The notes under the pieces are model-generated. The model saw nothing but the letters and a program-made list of their open reading frames with translations, was not told where the DNA came from and did no database searches. A stretch of 32,000 nucleotides of DNA. Source: Dehalococcoidia bacterium (lineage in GTDB: Bacteria; Chloroflexota; Dehalococcoidia; Lucifugimonadales; UBA1127). Positions 23,951 to 31,299 of the stretch are shown in pieces. The position numbers were made by a program, and so were the translations under genes. Each line of letters opens with the position of its first letter. Position 1 is the stretch's first letter. Where the stretch lies: the NCBI GenBank assembly GCA_965197715.1, contig OZ240224.1, positions 878,695 through 910,694 on the forward strand, read 5' to 3'.

Positions 23951-25285
23951 CTATAGCTTCAGGAGGTTGCTCAGGCCGCGTCCCTGGTTGCGTGAAAGCT
24001 GCCTCATCATCTTCTGCATTTGGCGGAACTGGTTCAGGAGCTGGTTCACGTCCTGGACGGTCGTACCGCTGCCCCTGGCAATGCGCCGCCGACGGGAGCC
24101 GTTGAGCACCTCCGGGCTGTGCCGTTCCAGTGGCGTCATGGACAGCACGATGGCCTCCACCTTCCGCATCTGGGCGCCGTCCATCTCGTCCTGGGAGAGG
24201 CGCCCCTTGATCTGAGAGAAGCCGGGCAGCATCTCCAGGACCTGGGACAGGGGCCCCATGCGCTTCACGGCCCCAAGCTGCTCCAGAAAGTCCTGCAGGT
24301 CAAACGTCGCCCGCCGGAGCTTGCGCTCCATTTCTTGGGCCTGCTGCGTGTCGATGACGTCCTGCGCCCGCTCGACCAGGGAGACGACGTCGCCCATGCC
24401 CAGGATGCGGGAGGCCAGGCGGTCCGGGTAGAAGGGCTCGAGGGCATCCGCCTTCTCACCGGCGCCGATGAACTTGATGGGCACGCCGGTGACCGAGCTG
24501 ACGGACAGCGCGGCCCCGCCCCGCGCGTCGCCGTCCATCTTCGTGAGGACCAGCCCGGAGAGGTTGACGCGCTCGTGGAACCCCTGCGCCGCCTGCACGG
24601 CGTCCTGGCCGGTCATCGCGTCGACGACCAGGAGCGTCTCCCGGGGCTGGACGGCGTCCTTGACAGCCTGGAGCTCCGCCATGAGGTCGTCGTCGATATG
24701 GAGGCGGCCGCCCGTGTCCACGATGACCCAGTGGAGGCCTCGCTCTCTGGCACGGGCAACGCCGTTGGCGGCGACCCTGTCCGGGGTCGACGAAGCGCCC
24801 TCTTGATAGACAGGCACCTCCAGCTGGCGGCCAAGGGCCTCGAGCTGGTCGATGGCCGCCGGGCGGCGCAGGTCCGCGGCCACGAGCAGCGCGCTCTGCC
24901 TGGAGCTTCGACGGAGTTGGAGGGCGAGCTTGGCGGCCGTGGTGGTCTTGCCGGAGCCCTGAAGCCCAACCAGCATGACGACGGTTGGGAGCTGCGGCGC
25001 AGCGTTGAGCCGGTGGTCCCCCGCCGTGAGAATGGCCGTCAGCTCGTCGCTGACGATCTTGATGACCTGGGCGCCGGGGTTCACCCCCGTCAACACCTGG
25101 TGCCCCATGGCGCCTTCCCGCACCCTGGCGACGAGGTCGCGCGCGACGCGGAAGTTGACGTCGGCCTCCAGGAGCGCCAGCCGCACCTCCTTGAGGGCCT
25201 CGTCAATGTCCCTCTCGGTCAGGCGGCCCTTGCCCCCCAGCCGTGAAAAGACGCCGTTCAGCTTCTCCGTCAGGGCTTCAAACAC
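23951..25285 (-). CDS. ffh: Signal recognition particle protein Ffh
   Basis: MFEALTEKLNGVFSRLGGKGRLTE N domain. GTPase motifs GLQGSGKTTT, DTGGRLH and TKMDGDARGG. Met-rich M domain. GTG start at 25285 preceded by AAGGAG. Confidence 0.95.
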   Translation of the reverse strand: MFEALTEKLNGVFSRLGGKGRLTERDIDEALKEVRLALLEADVNFRVARDLVARVREGAMGHQVLTGVNPGAQVIKIVSDELTAILTAGDHRLNAAPQLPTVVMLVGLQGSGKTTTAAKLALQLRRSSRQSALLVAADLRRPAAIDQLEALGRQLEVPVYQEGASSTPDRVAANGVARARERGLHWVIVDTGGRLHIDDDLMAELQAVKDAVQPRETLLVVDAMTGQDAVQAAQGFHERVNLSGLVLTKMDGDARGGAALSVSSVTGVPIKFIGAGEKADALEPFYPDRLASRILGMGDVVSLVERAQDVIDTQQAQEMERKLRRATFDLQDFLEQLGAVKRMGPLSQVLEMLPGFSQIKGRLSQDEMDGAQMRKVEAIVLSMTPLERHSPEVLNGSRRRRIARGSGTTVQDVNQLLNQFRQMQKMMRQLSRNQGRGLSNLLKL

Positions 25286-25361
25286 GATAGGCTCCTTGGG
25301 TCTATTCTACAGGGCGCCGGGCGAATCAGGAATGCCGGCCGGCGCCCCACCGCCGCACTCC

Positions 25362-25390
25362 TAGACCTCGGCTGCCGCTGCCGGTATCAT
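25362..25390 (+). promoter_or_regulatory. Candidate promoter (TAGACC-17 nt-TATCAT) for the DinB-like gene
   Basis: -35-like TAGACC at 25362..25367, a 17-nt spacer, and -10-like TATCAT at 25385..25390, 32 nt upstream of ATG 25423. Confidence 0.35.
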
Positions 25391-25422
25391 GCTGGGGCCA
25401 CTCCACGCCGCAAGGAGGCCGT

Positions 25423-25839
25423 ATGTCACGCACGGAGGTCCAGCAGTTGCTGGATGAGATCACCGCCGCCCACAGGTCCTGCGAGGATGACGCGTCCGCC
25501 CTCACGAACGAGCAGCTCGACCGCTCCTTCACCATGCGCAGCGGGCGTCAGACCAACGTCCGCGGCATCCTCTACATGATGACGGGCCACACCAAAGAGC
25601 ACACGGTCCACATGAAGAAGCTGCTTCAGGAGACCGGCGCCCCGGGCGCCTCTCCCTCCGAGGCCCATCTGATCCTGGAGGAGGCCGGCGAGGCCCTGGG
25701 ACGGCTCAAGGCCCTCTTCGCCCGCATGAGCGACGACGACCTGGACCGGGAGTTCGAAGAGCAGACGCCGAGAAAGATCCTGGAGCACGTCAAGGGCAGC
25801 TACACCTACTACCAGCGGTTCATCCAGGGCAAGGGGTAG
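25423..25839 (+). CDS. DinB-superfamily protein
   Basis: 138 aa. MMTGHTKEHTVHMKKLL and a helical-bundle pattern. AAGGAGG RBS. Confidence 0.55.
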   Translation: MSRTEVQQLLDEITAAHRSCEDDASALTNEQLDRSFTMRSGRQTNVRGILYMMTGHTKEHTVHMKKLLQETGAPGASPSEAHLILEEAGEALGRLKALFARMSDDDLDREFEEQTPRKILEHVKGSYTYYQRFIQGKG

Positions 25840-25852
25840 GCCTGCCGCGCGG

Positions 25853-26548
25853 CTACTTCTCGGAGAAGGCCTGGAGATGCTCCTCCAGCTCGGAGAGGTG
25901 CATGACGTCGGCGTACTTGTGATGCATGTCGAAGAGGTTCACCTTGTGTGACAGCAGGCTCCTGTCGTAGGTGCACTCCTCGACCAGCACTACGTGGAAG
26001 CCGTACGAGTAGGCGTCGGCGACCGTCGCGCGTACGCAGCCGCTGGTGCTCTCGCCGCCGACGATCAGGCTGTCGATGCCCTGGCGGGTCAGGTGAGCGA
26101 TCAGCGGCGTGCCGAAGAACACGCTGGCCCGCTCCTTGTAGATGATGAGGTCCTGGGCTTCCGGCTTGAACGCCTCGAAGATCTCGTACCGGCTGGCGTC
26201 GCCCCCGGACGATTGCCTATGGGTGGCCCGCACACGGTCCGTGCGGGGGTCCCGGCGCGTCTCTCCCGTGCTGTAGACCACGGGCATGCCCCGGGCGCGG
26301 ACCATGCTGAGGAGCCGCTTGGTGGGCTCGATGGCGTCCCACGCGTAGTCGCCGCATGCGCTGGGGAACTGCTTCGCAATCTCGTGGACGGGGCCGGGGC
26401 CGCCCTGGTACGCCGAGTTGTACAGGTCGATGAGCAGGACGGCCGGCCGCTCCCCCAGGTGAAGCTCCCGGCGATAGTGCCGGTAGATCTCTATGTCCTC
26501 CGGGCTCACCAGGTCCTTCCACGCGTGGTCTTCAAATGCGTCCGTCAT
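25853..26548 (-). CDS. Isochorismatase-family cysteine hydrolase
   Basis: The start is moved to ATG 26548, preceded by AGGAGG. Candidate D-K-C triad: LLIDLYN, IIYKERASVFFGT and VGGESTSGCVRAT. The ORF-track start at 26956 adds 136 aa of low-complexity sequence. Confidence 0.8.
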   Translation of the reverse strand: MTDAFEDHAWKDLVSPEDIEIYRHYRRELHLGERPAVLLIDLYNSAYQGGPGPVHEIAKQFPSACGDYAWDAIEPTKRLLSMVRARGMPVVYSTGETRRDPRTDRVRATHRQSSGGDASRYEIFEAFKPEAQDLIIYKERASVFFGTPLIAHLTRQGIDSLIVGGESTSGCVRATVADAYSYGFHVVLVEECTYDRSLLSHKVNLFDMHHKYADVMHLSELEEHLQAFSEK

Positions 26549-26755
26549 TTCGGCGCCTCCTGCTCTGCCGGGCTGCTGCGCCCGGGCGGGTTGAGCACAC
26601 TGTACACCATGGGGCATCGCTGCACCCCCGGATGGTCTGCGCGACGGATTGTGGGCACCTGATGTCCTTGATTGTTTACCTTCGCATGATTGCGAGAGAC
26701 ATTTTTTTCTTGGGGTTGTGAAGCTGAAAGGGTCGAAAAAAGGTGATTGTGTGTC

Positions 26756-26769
26756 GGCGGGAAACCGCC
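26756..26769. other. GNRA-type hairpin GGCGG-GAAA-CCGCC in the non-coding gap
   Basis: Perfect 5-bp GC stem closing a GAAA tetraloop on the plus-strand reading. Confidence 0.3.
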
Positions 26770-26848
26770 CCGTAGCTTCGGCGCGGCTGTGCACTCTTGA
26801 TTGTTCCCTGGTGGGAGTAGCTTCGGAGGTGGTGCAGAACGGCGTTTT

Positions 26849-26913
26849 GGGGGGATGTCCCGCGCCGCACCGCCGCGCCGGATGCCCGCTTTCGCGGGGT
26901 CGCTGCGCGACGG
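26849..26913. repeat. Tandem-unit core 1 (GGGGGGATG...GGATGCCCGC...GGGTCGCTGCGCGACGG)
   Basis: It shares its G6-ATG start and CGCGACGG end with 26979..27034. It also shares a 17-mer (16 of 17 identical) with 27153..27169. It contains the hairpin CCCGC-TTTC-GCGGG at 26885..26898. Confidence 0.55.
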
Positions 26914-26978
26914 ATGTATAGACGTTGGTTGGGAGCGGTGCGTCGGAATGCGTCATCAGGAGTGGGGAGGGTCTGTGC

Positions 26979-27034
26979 GGGGGGATGCCCGGCGCCGCGC
27001 CGCCACCCTGGATTCCCGCTCGCCGGCGCGACGG
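26979..27034. repeat. Tandem-unit core 2 (GGGGGGATGCCC...GGATTCCCGC...CGCGACGG)
   Basis: Imperfect direct copy of 26849..26913 with ~9 nt fewer. Its G-run starts 130 nt after the previous one. Confidence 0.55.
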
Positions 27035-27117
27035 CCACGTGGGCCTGGCTGCGCCAGCGGCAGACGAGGGGCTGGGTGGGACCTCTGTGCTTCCTCATAG
27101 GATGAGGATAGGCGATT

Positions 27118-27169
27118 GGGGGGGTTGACGGAAGTGGCGGATGGCAGGTCCTGGGTCGCTGCGCGGCGG
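27118..27169. repeat. Tandem-unit core 3 (GGGGGGGTTG...GGATGGCAGG...GGGTCGCTGCGCGGCGG)
   Basis: Its G-run starts 139 nt after the previous one. The 3' 17-mer nearly matches core 1. The upstream GTGGGAC-CTCTGTGC resembles GTGGGGAGGGTCTGTGC in front of core 2. Confidence 0.45.
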
Positions 27170-27193
27170 CTTTGTGGGCGTGGGTTGCGGCGG

Positions 27194-27946
27194 CTACAGC
27201 CTGAGTCTCTTGAACACGCGCTCAGGAACGGCGCGAATCACGAGCATGATCCACTTCCAGTACCAGGGGAGATAGGCCACGTCGCTGCCCTTTTCGATGG
27301 CCCTGACGATGCCGCGCGCGATCTTGTCGGGCGGCGCCAGCAGCCGTCCCACCGCCATGCCGCGCGTCATGGGCGTGTCCACGGGGCCGGGCTTGACGGT
27401 GACGACCTGAACGTTTGACGGCGCCAGGCGGTTCCTCAACCCCTGCAGGAAGAGGCTGAGGGCCCCCTTGGCGGACCCGTACACGTAGTTGCTCTGGCGG
27501 CCCCGGTCCCCCGCAACCGAGGACACGCCGACGATGACGCCCGCCCGCTGCGCCTCGAACAGATCGGCGAGGCTGGTGAGCACGGACACGGCCGCCAGGT
27601 AGTTGACCTCCACGATCCTCCGCGCCTCCCGGAACTCATGCCGGGCCGCGTCCGCGTCGCCCAGGTCGCCGAAAAATAGCAGCGCGCCGTCCAGCCCGCC
27701 CATCTCGCGGACGGCGCCGGCCACCAGGTCGGCGTGAGTGCCGTAGTCCAGGGCCTCGAAGACTCCCGTGCGCACGGTGGCGTCGAAGCGCACGCGGAGG
27801 TCGCCCGCCACCGCGTCCAGCTCTGCGTCGATCCTGCCGGCGAGGAAGAGGGCGCAGCCCCTTCCCGCCAGGCGGAGCGCGGTGGCGCGCCCAATGGACG
27901 ACGTCGCACCCAGGACGAGGAGCCGGGTGCCCTCGTCGAGCTTCAC
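27194..27946 (-). CDS. dprE2: DprE2-like short-chain dehydrogenase (decaprenylphospho-2-keto-ribose reductase family)
   Basis: LLVLGATSSIGRA, VNYLAAVSV, NYVYGSAKGALS and the C-terminal WIMLVIRAVPERVFKRLRL all parallel M. tuberculosis DprE2 as I recall it. The GTG start overlaps the upstream stop (GTGA). Confidence 0.8.
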   Translation of the reverse strand: MKLDEGTRLLVLGATSSIGRATALRLAGRGCALFLAGRIDAELDAVAGDLRVRFDATVRTGVFEALDYGTHADLVAGAVREMGGLDGALLFFGDLGDADAARHEFREARRIVEVNYLAAVSVLTSLADLFEAQRAGVIVGVSSVAGDRGRQSNYVYGSAKGALSLFLQGLRNRLAPSNVQVVTVKPGPVDTPMTRGMAVGRLLAPPDKIARGIVRAIEKGSDVAYLPWYWKWIMLVIRAVPERVFKRLRL

Positions 27947-29313
27947 GTCGACAACCCGAGGCGCCGGCCCTGGCTGGAGGTGAAGACCCCCTCCGGGTCG
28001 TACTTCAGCTTGACCTCACGCCACTCCTTCCACTGCGGGTACATGGCACGGAACGTGTGCGCCGGCAACCGCGCGTCCTTGGCGAGATAGACCCGACCCT
28101 GGTGCCTGAGCACCAGAGCGTCCAGCTCCCCAAGGAACTCGAGAAAGGCAGCCGAGTAGACGGGGAAGTCCAGGGCGATGGTGTAGCCCGGCATGGGAAA
28201 GGAGAGGATGCCCTCCTGGGGGCCGAAGCGCTTGAGAACGATCAGAGGGGACGGGTACCCGGACGCATGGACAGCCTCCAGGACCTCCACGAGGGCGCGC
28301 CTACCGGTGTCGAAGGGCAACACACACTGGTACTGCAAGAACCCCCTCCTGCCGTAGAACCTATTCCAGCCGGGTAGGCCGTCCAGGGGGTAGAAGTACC
28401 GGTCATAGTGCACCAGACCATCGCCGGAACGATTGGAGATGCGGTAGAAGCTGTTCAGCAGCCGCATGGTGGCCCGGTTCACGACATTGACCGGAGGCGC
28501 CAGCCCGATTCCCCCGCCTCCTTCGCCGTGGCCCGCAAGGGGAGCAGCGCGGCGGCGCGGCGGCAGCCCCTCCACGGGCGCGTGGTTTCCCCCAATGACG
28601 ACGCCGCGGCCCAGGCGCTTTCCCCGCGCCAGGCCGTCGACCCACGCCACCGAGTACTCGTGGGTCGCGTCCAGGCGCTCCAGCGCCTCGACCGCGGCGT
28701 CCAGGTCCCTGACGCCAACGGTCTTGGCCTGGATGTAGGAGGACTGGACCCGTCGCAGCCGCAGCGCGGCCCGGAGAATGAGCCCCGTGAGCCCCATGCC
28801 GCCGGCCGTCGCCCAGAAGAGGTCGGGGGAGTCCCCGCGTGAGCAGCGGACGACGCTGCCGCTCGCCAGAAGCAGGTCGAAGGAATCCACGTGGCGGCAG
28901 AACGAGGAGACGGCGTGGTGGTTCTTGCCGTGGACGTCGCAGGCAATGGCCCCGCCGACGGTCACGAACTTGGTCCCCGGCGTCACGGGCGGGAACCACC
29001 CCCTCGAGGCCATGACGCGCAGGACCTCGGCCAGGGAGACCCCGGCCTCGCAGGTGAGCACTCCGGTCTCGTCGTCGAAGGCCAGGAACCTGTCGAGCCG
29101 TGTCAGGTCGACGACGTTGCCCCGGTCCAGAGCGGCGTCCCCGTAGCTGCGCCCAAGGCCCCGGGGTGTGAGCGCGCCCAGGGACAGGAGCGGCGCCACG
29201 TCCCGTACCTTCTCGGGCCGGTAGGTCCGCGCCTCCTGCATGGGGAAGCGCCCCCATCCGGCCAGCATTCGGACTTCCGGCTTCATGTCGACTGGGGCCG
29301 CGTCAACACCCAT
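27943..29313 (-). CDS. dprE1: DprE1-like FAD-dependent oxidoreductase (decaprenylphosphoryl-beta-D-ribose 2'-oxidase family)
   Basis: LAGWGR, RGLGRSYGDAAL, GTKFVTVGGAIACDVHGKNHH, LFWATAGGMGLTGLI, GFLQYQ and RVYLAKDAR match conserved DprE1 blocks. The start is uncertain: ATG 29313, 29286 and 29268 are all possible. Confidence 0.85.
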   Translation of the reverse strand: MGVDAAPVDMKPEVRMLAGWGRFPMQEARTYRPEKVRDVAPLLSLGALTPRGLGRSYGDAALDRGNVVDLTRLDRFLAFDDETGVLTCEAGVSLAEVLRVMASRGWFPPVTPGTKFVTVGGAIACDVHGKNHHAVSSFCRHVDSFDLLLASGSVVRCSRGDSPDLFWATAGGMGLTGLILRAALRLRRVQSSYIQAKTVGVRDLDAAVEALERLDATHEYSVAWVDGLARGKRLGRGVVIGGNHAPVEGLPPRRRAAPLAGHGEGGGGIGLAPPVNVVNRATMRLLNSFYRISNRSGDGLVHYDRYFYPLDGLPGWNRFYGRRGFLQYQCVLPFDTGRRALVEVLEAVHASGYPSPLIVLKRFGPQEGILSFPMPGYTIALDFPVYSAAFLEFLGELDALVLRHQGRVYLAKDARLPAHTFRAMYPQWKEWREVKLKYDPEGVFTSSQGRRLGLST

Positions 29314-29337
29314 AGACCTGACGTGCGGGCAGGATGC

Positions 29338-29362
29338 GGACCTCGCGCGTACGCGCCGGTCC
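29338..29362. other. GC-rich palindrome/hairpin containing GCGCGTACGCGC
   Basis: GGACC...GGTCC arms flank the perfect 12-bp palindrome at 29345..29356. It lies between the LLM stop (29409) and the dprE1-like start. Confidence 0.3.
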
Positions 29363-29408
29363 GGGGCCGCGAACGGACAGCGCCGGTGGTGGGGTGGTCC
29401 GCTCGCTG

Positions 29409-30350
29409 CTAGCGGCGCAGCCTTGGTATGAGCTGCTGCGTCAGCTTGTGGATCGTCTGCTGCACCTCGGCGAGGGCGCGGGCCTGGGGCAGGAAGATGA
29501 AGTGTGCGACGCCAATGTCGATGTACGACTGCACCGTCTCGGCTATGGCGTTCGCATCGCCGAAGAGTGCGTCGCGCTTTGCCGCCTCAGCCGTGTCGGG
29601 CTCGTCGCGAAGGTCGACCAGCACGCGAAGGGCCAGGCTCACGTCCTCCGGCTGCCGGCCATAACCCGTTGCCATCTGCTGCACGCGGGCATGGTCCGCC
29701 GCCAGGCTCTCCGGCGTCACGTGGTAGAGCGGCGGGAACCACATCGAGCCGACTTGGGCCGCGCGCCGCATGGCGGGCCTGGTGTGACCGCCTATCCAGA
29801 TGGGCGGGTGGGGCTTCTGGGCCGGTTGAGGGTAGGATGCGACCCCCTCCACTCGGAAGAAGCGCCCCTCGTGGAAGGGCTCAGCCTGCGTCCACACGGC
29901 CCGCAGCACCTCAAGCCCCTCGTCCAGCAGCGCGCCCCGGTCCTCGAAGGACACGTCCAGGGCCCGGAACTCCTCCTCCAGCCATCCGGCCCCGACCCCG
30001 AAGAGCACCCGCCCCCCCGACAGCACGTCCAGGGACGCGATGGTCTTGGCGACCTGAAGCGGGTGGCGCAGAGGCAGCAGCGTGACCGCCGTGCCCAGGG
30101 CCACGCGCTCCGTGCACCCGGCGACATAGGCGAGCGTGGTGAACTGGTCCAGAAAGGGCAGGGCCGAGCGGATGAGGAACTCGCCCGTGTCGCTGTAGGG
30201 GTAGGGCGAGGAGCCCCCCGTCGGCAGCACGATGTGGTCCGCGGCCCACACGGAGTCCAGCCCCTCCACCTCCGCCTGCCGCGCCACGAGACGTACCGCC
30301 TGCGGGTCCTCCATCCCTATCGTGGGCAGCGACACCCCAAACTGGGCCAC
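29409..30350 (-). CDS. LLM-class oxidoreductase, Rv2161c/TIGR03619-like (paralog of 18993..19922)
   Basis: The start is moved to GTG 30350, preceded by AAGAGGAG at 5 nt. FGVSLPT, AADHIVLP, LGTAVTLLPLRHPLQVAKTIASLDVLSGGRVLFGVGAGWLEEEFRAL and HPPIWIGGH. The ORF-track start at 30509 adds 53 aa. Confidence 0.85.
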   Translation of the reverse strand: MAQFGVSLPTIGMEDPQAVRLVARQAEVEGLDSVWAADHIVLPTGGSSPYPYSDTGEFLIRSALPFLDQFTTLAYVAGCTERVALGTAVTLLPLRHPLQVAKTIASLDVLSGGRVLFGVGAGWLEEEFRALDVSFEDRGALLDEGLEVLRAVWTQAEPFHEGRFFRVEGVASYPQPAQKPHPPIWIGGHTRPAMRRAAQVGSMWFPPLYHVTPESLAADHARVQQMATGYGRQPEDVSLALRVLVDLRDEPDTAEAAKRDALFGDANAIAETVQSYIDIGVAHFIFLPQARALAEVQQTIHKLTQQLIPRLRR

Positions 30351-30508
30351 GGCGCTCCTCTTATGCACAGGCTGGGAAACCGCGCCCATCATACGGCAGC
30401 GCCGCCCCGCAGACAACGCCCCCCGGGCCGCGCGGCCGCCCATTGCCACCCCGCTGCGGTGCGTGCTACCCTGCCCTTCCAAGCAGAGCGTGACATGGGA
30501 GGCTGGCA

Positions 30509-31273
30509 ATGGTCAAGGATAGCCGTGAGTTCCTGGAAGAGGTCCGGGGGATGGTGGCGCGAAAGCACAGCAAGGACCACCCCATCTTCGACCTGATACA
30601 GAGCGGTCGGCTGAGCCGGGAGCAGATGAGGAACTTCACAAAGCAGTTCTACCTCCTCTTTCCCAAGCTGTTCCCCAAGCCCATCGCGGCCATGCTCTCC
30701 CGCTGTCCGCCGGACGACCCGGAGCTGGAGCGCATGTGGATCGACAACCTCATGGATGAGGCCACCGGCGGCGAGACGGGCACCGTGGGCCACCGGGGGA
30801 TGTACGTCAGGTTCGCAGAGGCCATGGGCATCCCCCAGGACGAGCTGGAGGCCACCAGGCCCCTGCCGGAGGCGGCCGCGTTCCTGCACTGGCGCGAGCT
30901 GCTCATCAGCCAGCGTACGTGGCTGGAGCTCTACGCATCGCAGGGCCTGTGCCTGGAGGGCACGGCGGCGCCGCGGATGGCGAGGGTCGTCGACGGCTTG
31001 GTGGACCACTACGGCTTCTCGCGGGACGACGAGCGGCTGGAGTACTGGGTGGAGCACATGTCCGCCGACGAGGAGCACATGAAGGTGGGCCCCTACGCCA
31101 TCCTGCACTACGCCGTCAACGACGAGGCGCAGGAGCGCGTGCGCCAGGCCGTGCAGAACACGCTGGACGTCTTCTGGCTGGTCTTCGACGGCATGACGCG
31201 CGCCTTCGTCGACGAGGACCCGCTGTACGCGGCGTGGCGGCGGCCCGCCGCGGCGTCCGCCGGCGGACGCTGA
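30509..31273 (+). CDS. Heme-oxygenase-fold protein (PqqC/TenA/iron-containing redox enzyme family)
   Basis: HPIFDLIQSGRLSREQMRNFTKQFY is a PqqC/TenA-type N-terminus. Other motifs are DEATGGETGTVGH, CLEGTA and HMSADEEH (31055..31078). GGGAGG RBS. Confidence 0.7.
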   Translation: MVKDSREFLEEVRGMVARKHSKDHPIFDLIQSGRLSREQMRNFTKQFYLLFPKLFPKPIAAMLSRCPPDDPELERMWIDNLMDEATGGETGTVGHRGMYVRFAEAMGIPQDELEATRPLPEAAAFLHWRELLISQRTWLELYASQGLCLEGTAAPRMARVVDGLVDHYGFSRDDERLEYWVEHMSADEEHMKVGPYAILHYAVNDEAQERVRQAVQNTLDVFWLVFDGMTRAFVDEDPLYAAWRRPAAASAGGR

Positions 31274-31299
31274 GGAGCGCGCTTCGAAGGGAGGAAGCA

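Noticed and set aside
26649-27128. Several 60-140-aa ORFs inside the long gap (26649..26921, 26676..27098, 26801..27100, 26914..27105, 26925..27128)
   Set aside because: They have no RBS and Arg/Gly/Pro-rich translations. The repeated DNA units fall into different frames of these ORFs, so the repeat is conserved at the nucleotide level, not the protein level.
26796-27193. CRISPR array as an explanation for the tandem units
   Set aside because: The units are ~130-140 bp and degenerate. There are no short identical repeats separated by unique spacers, and no cas genes or leader in the window.
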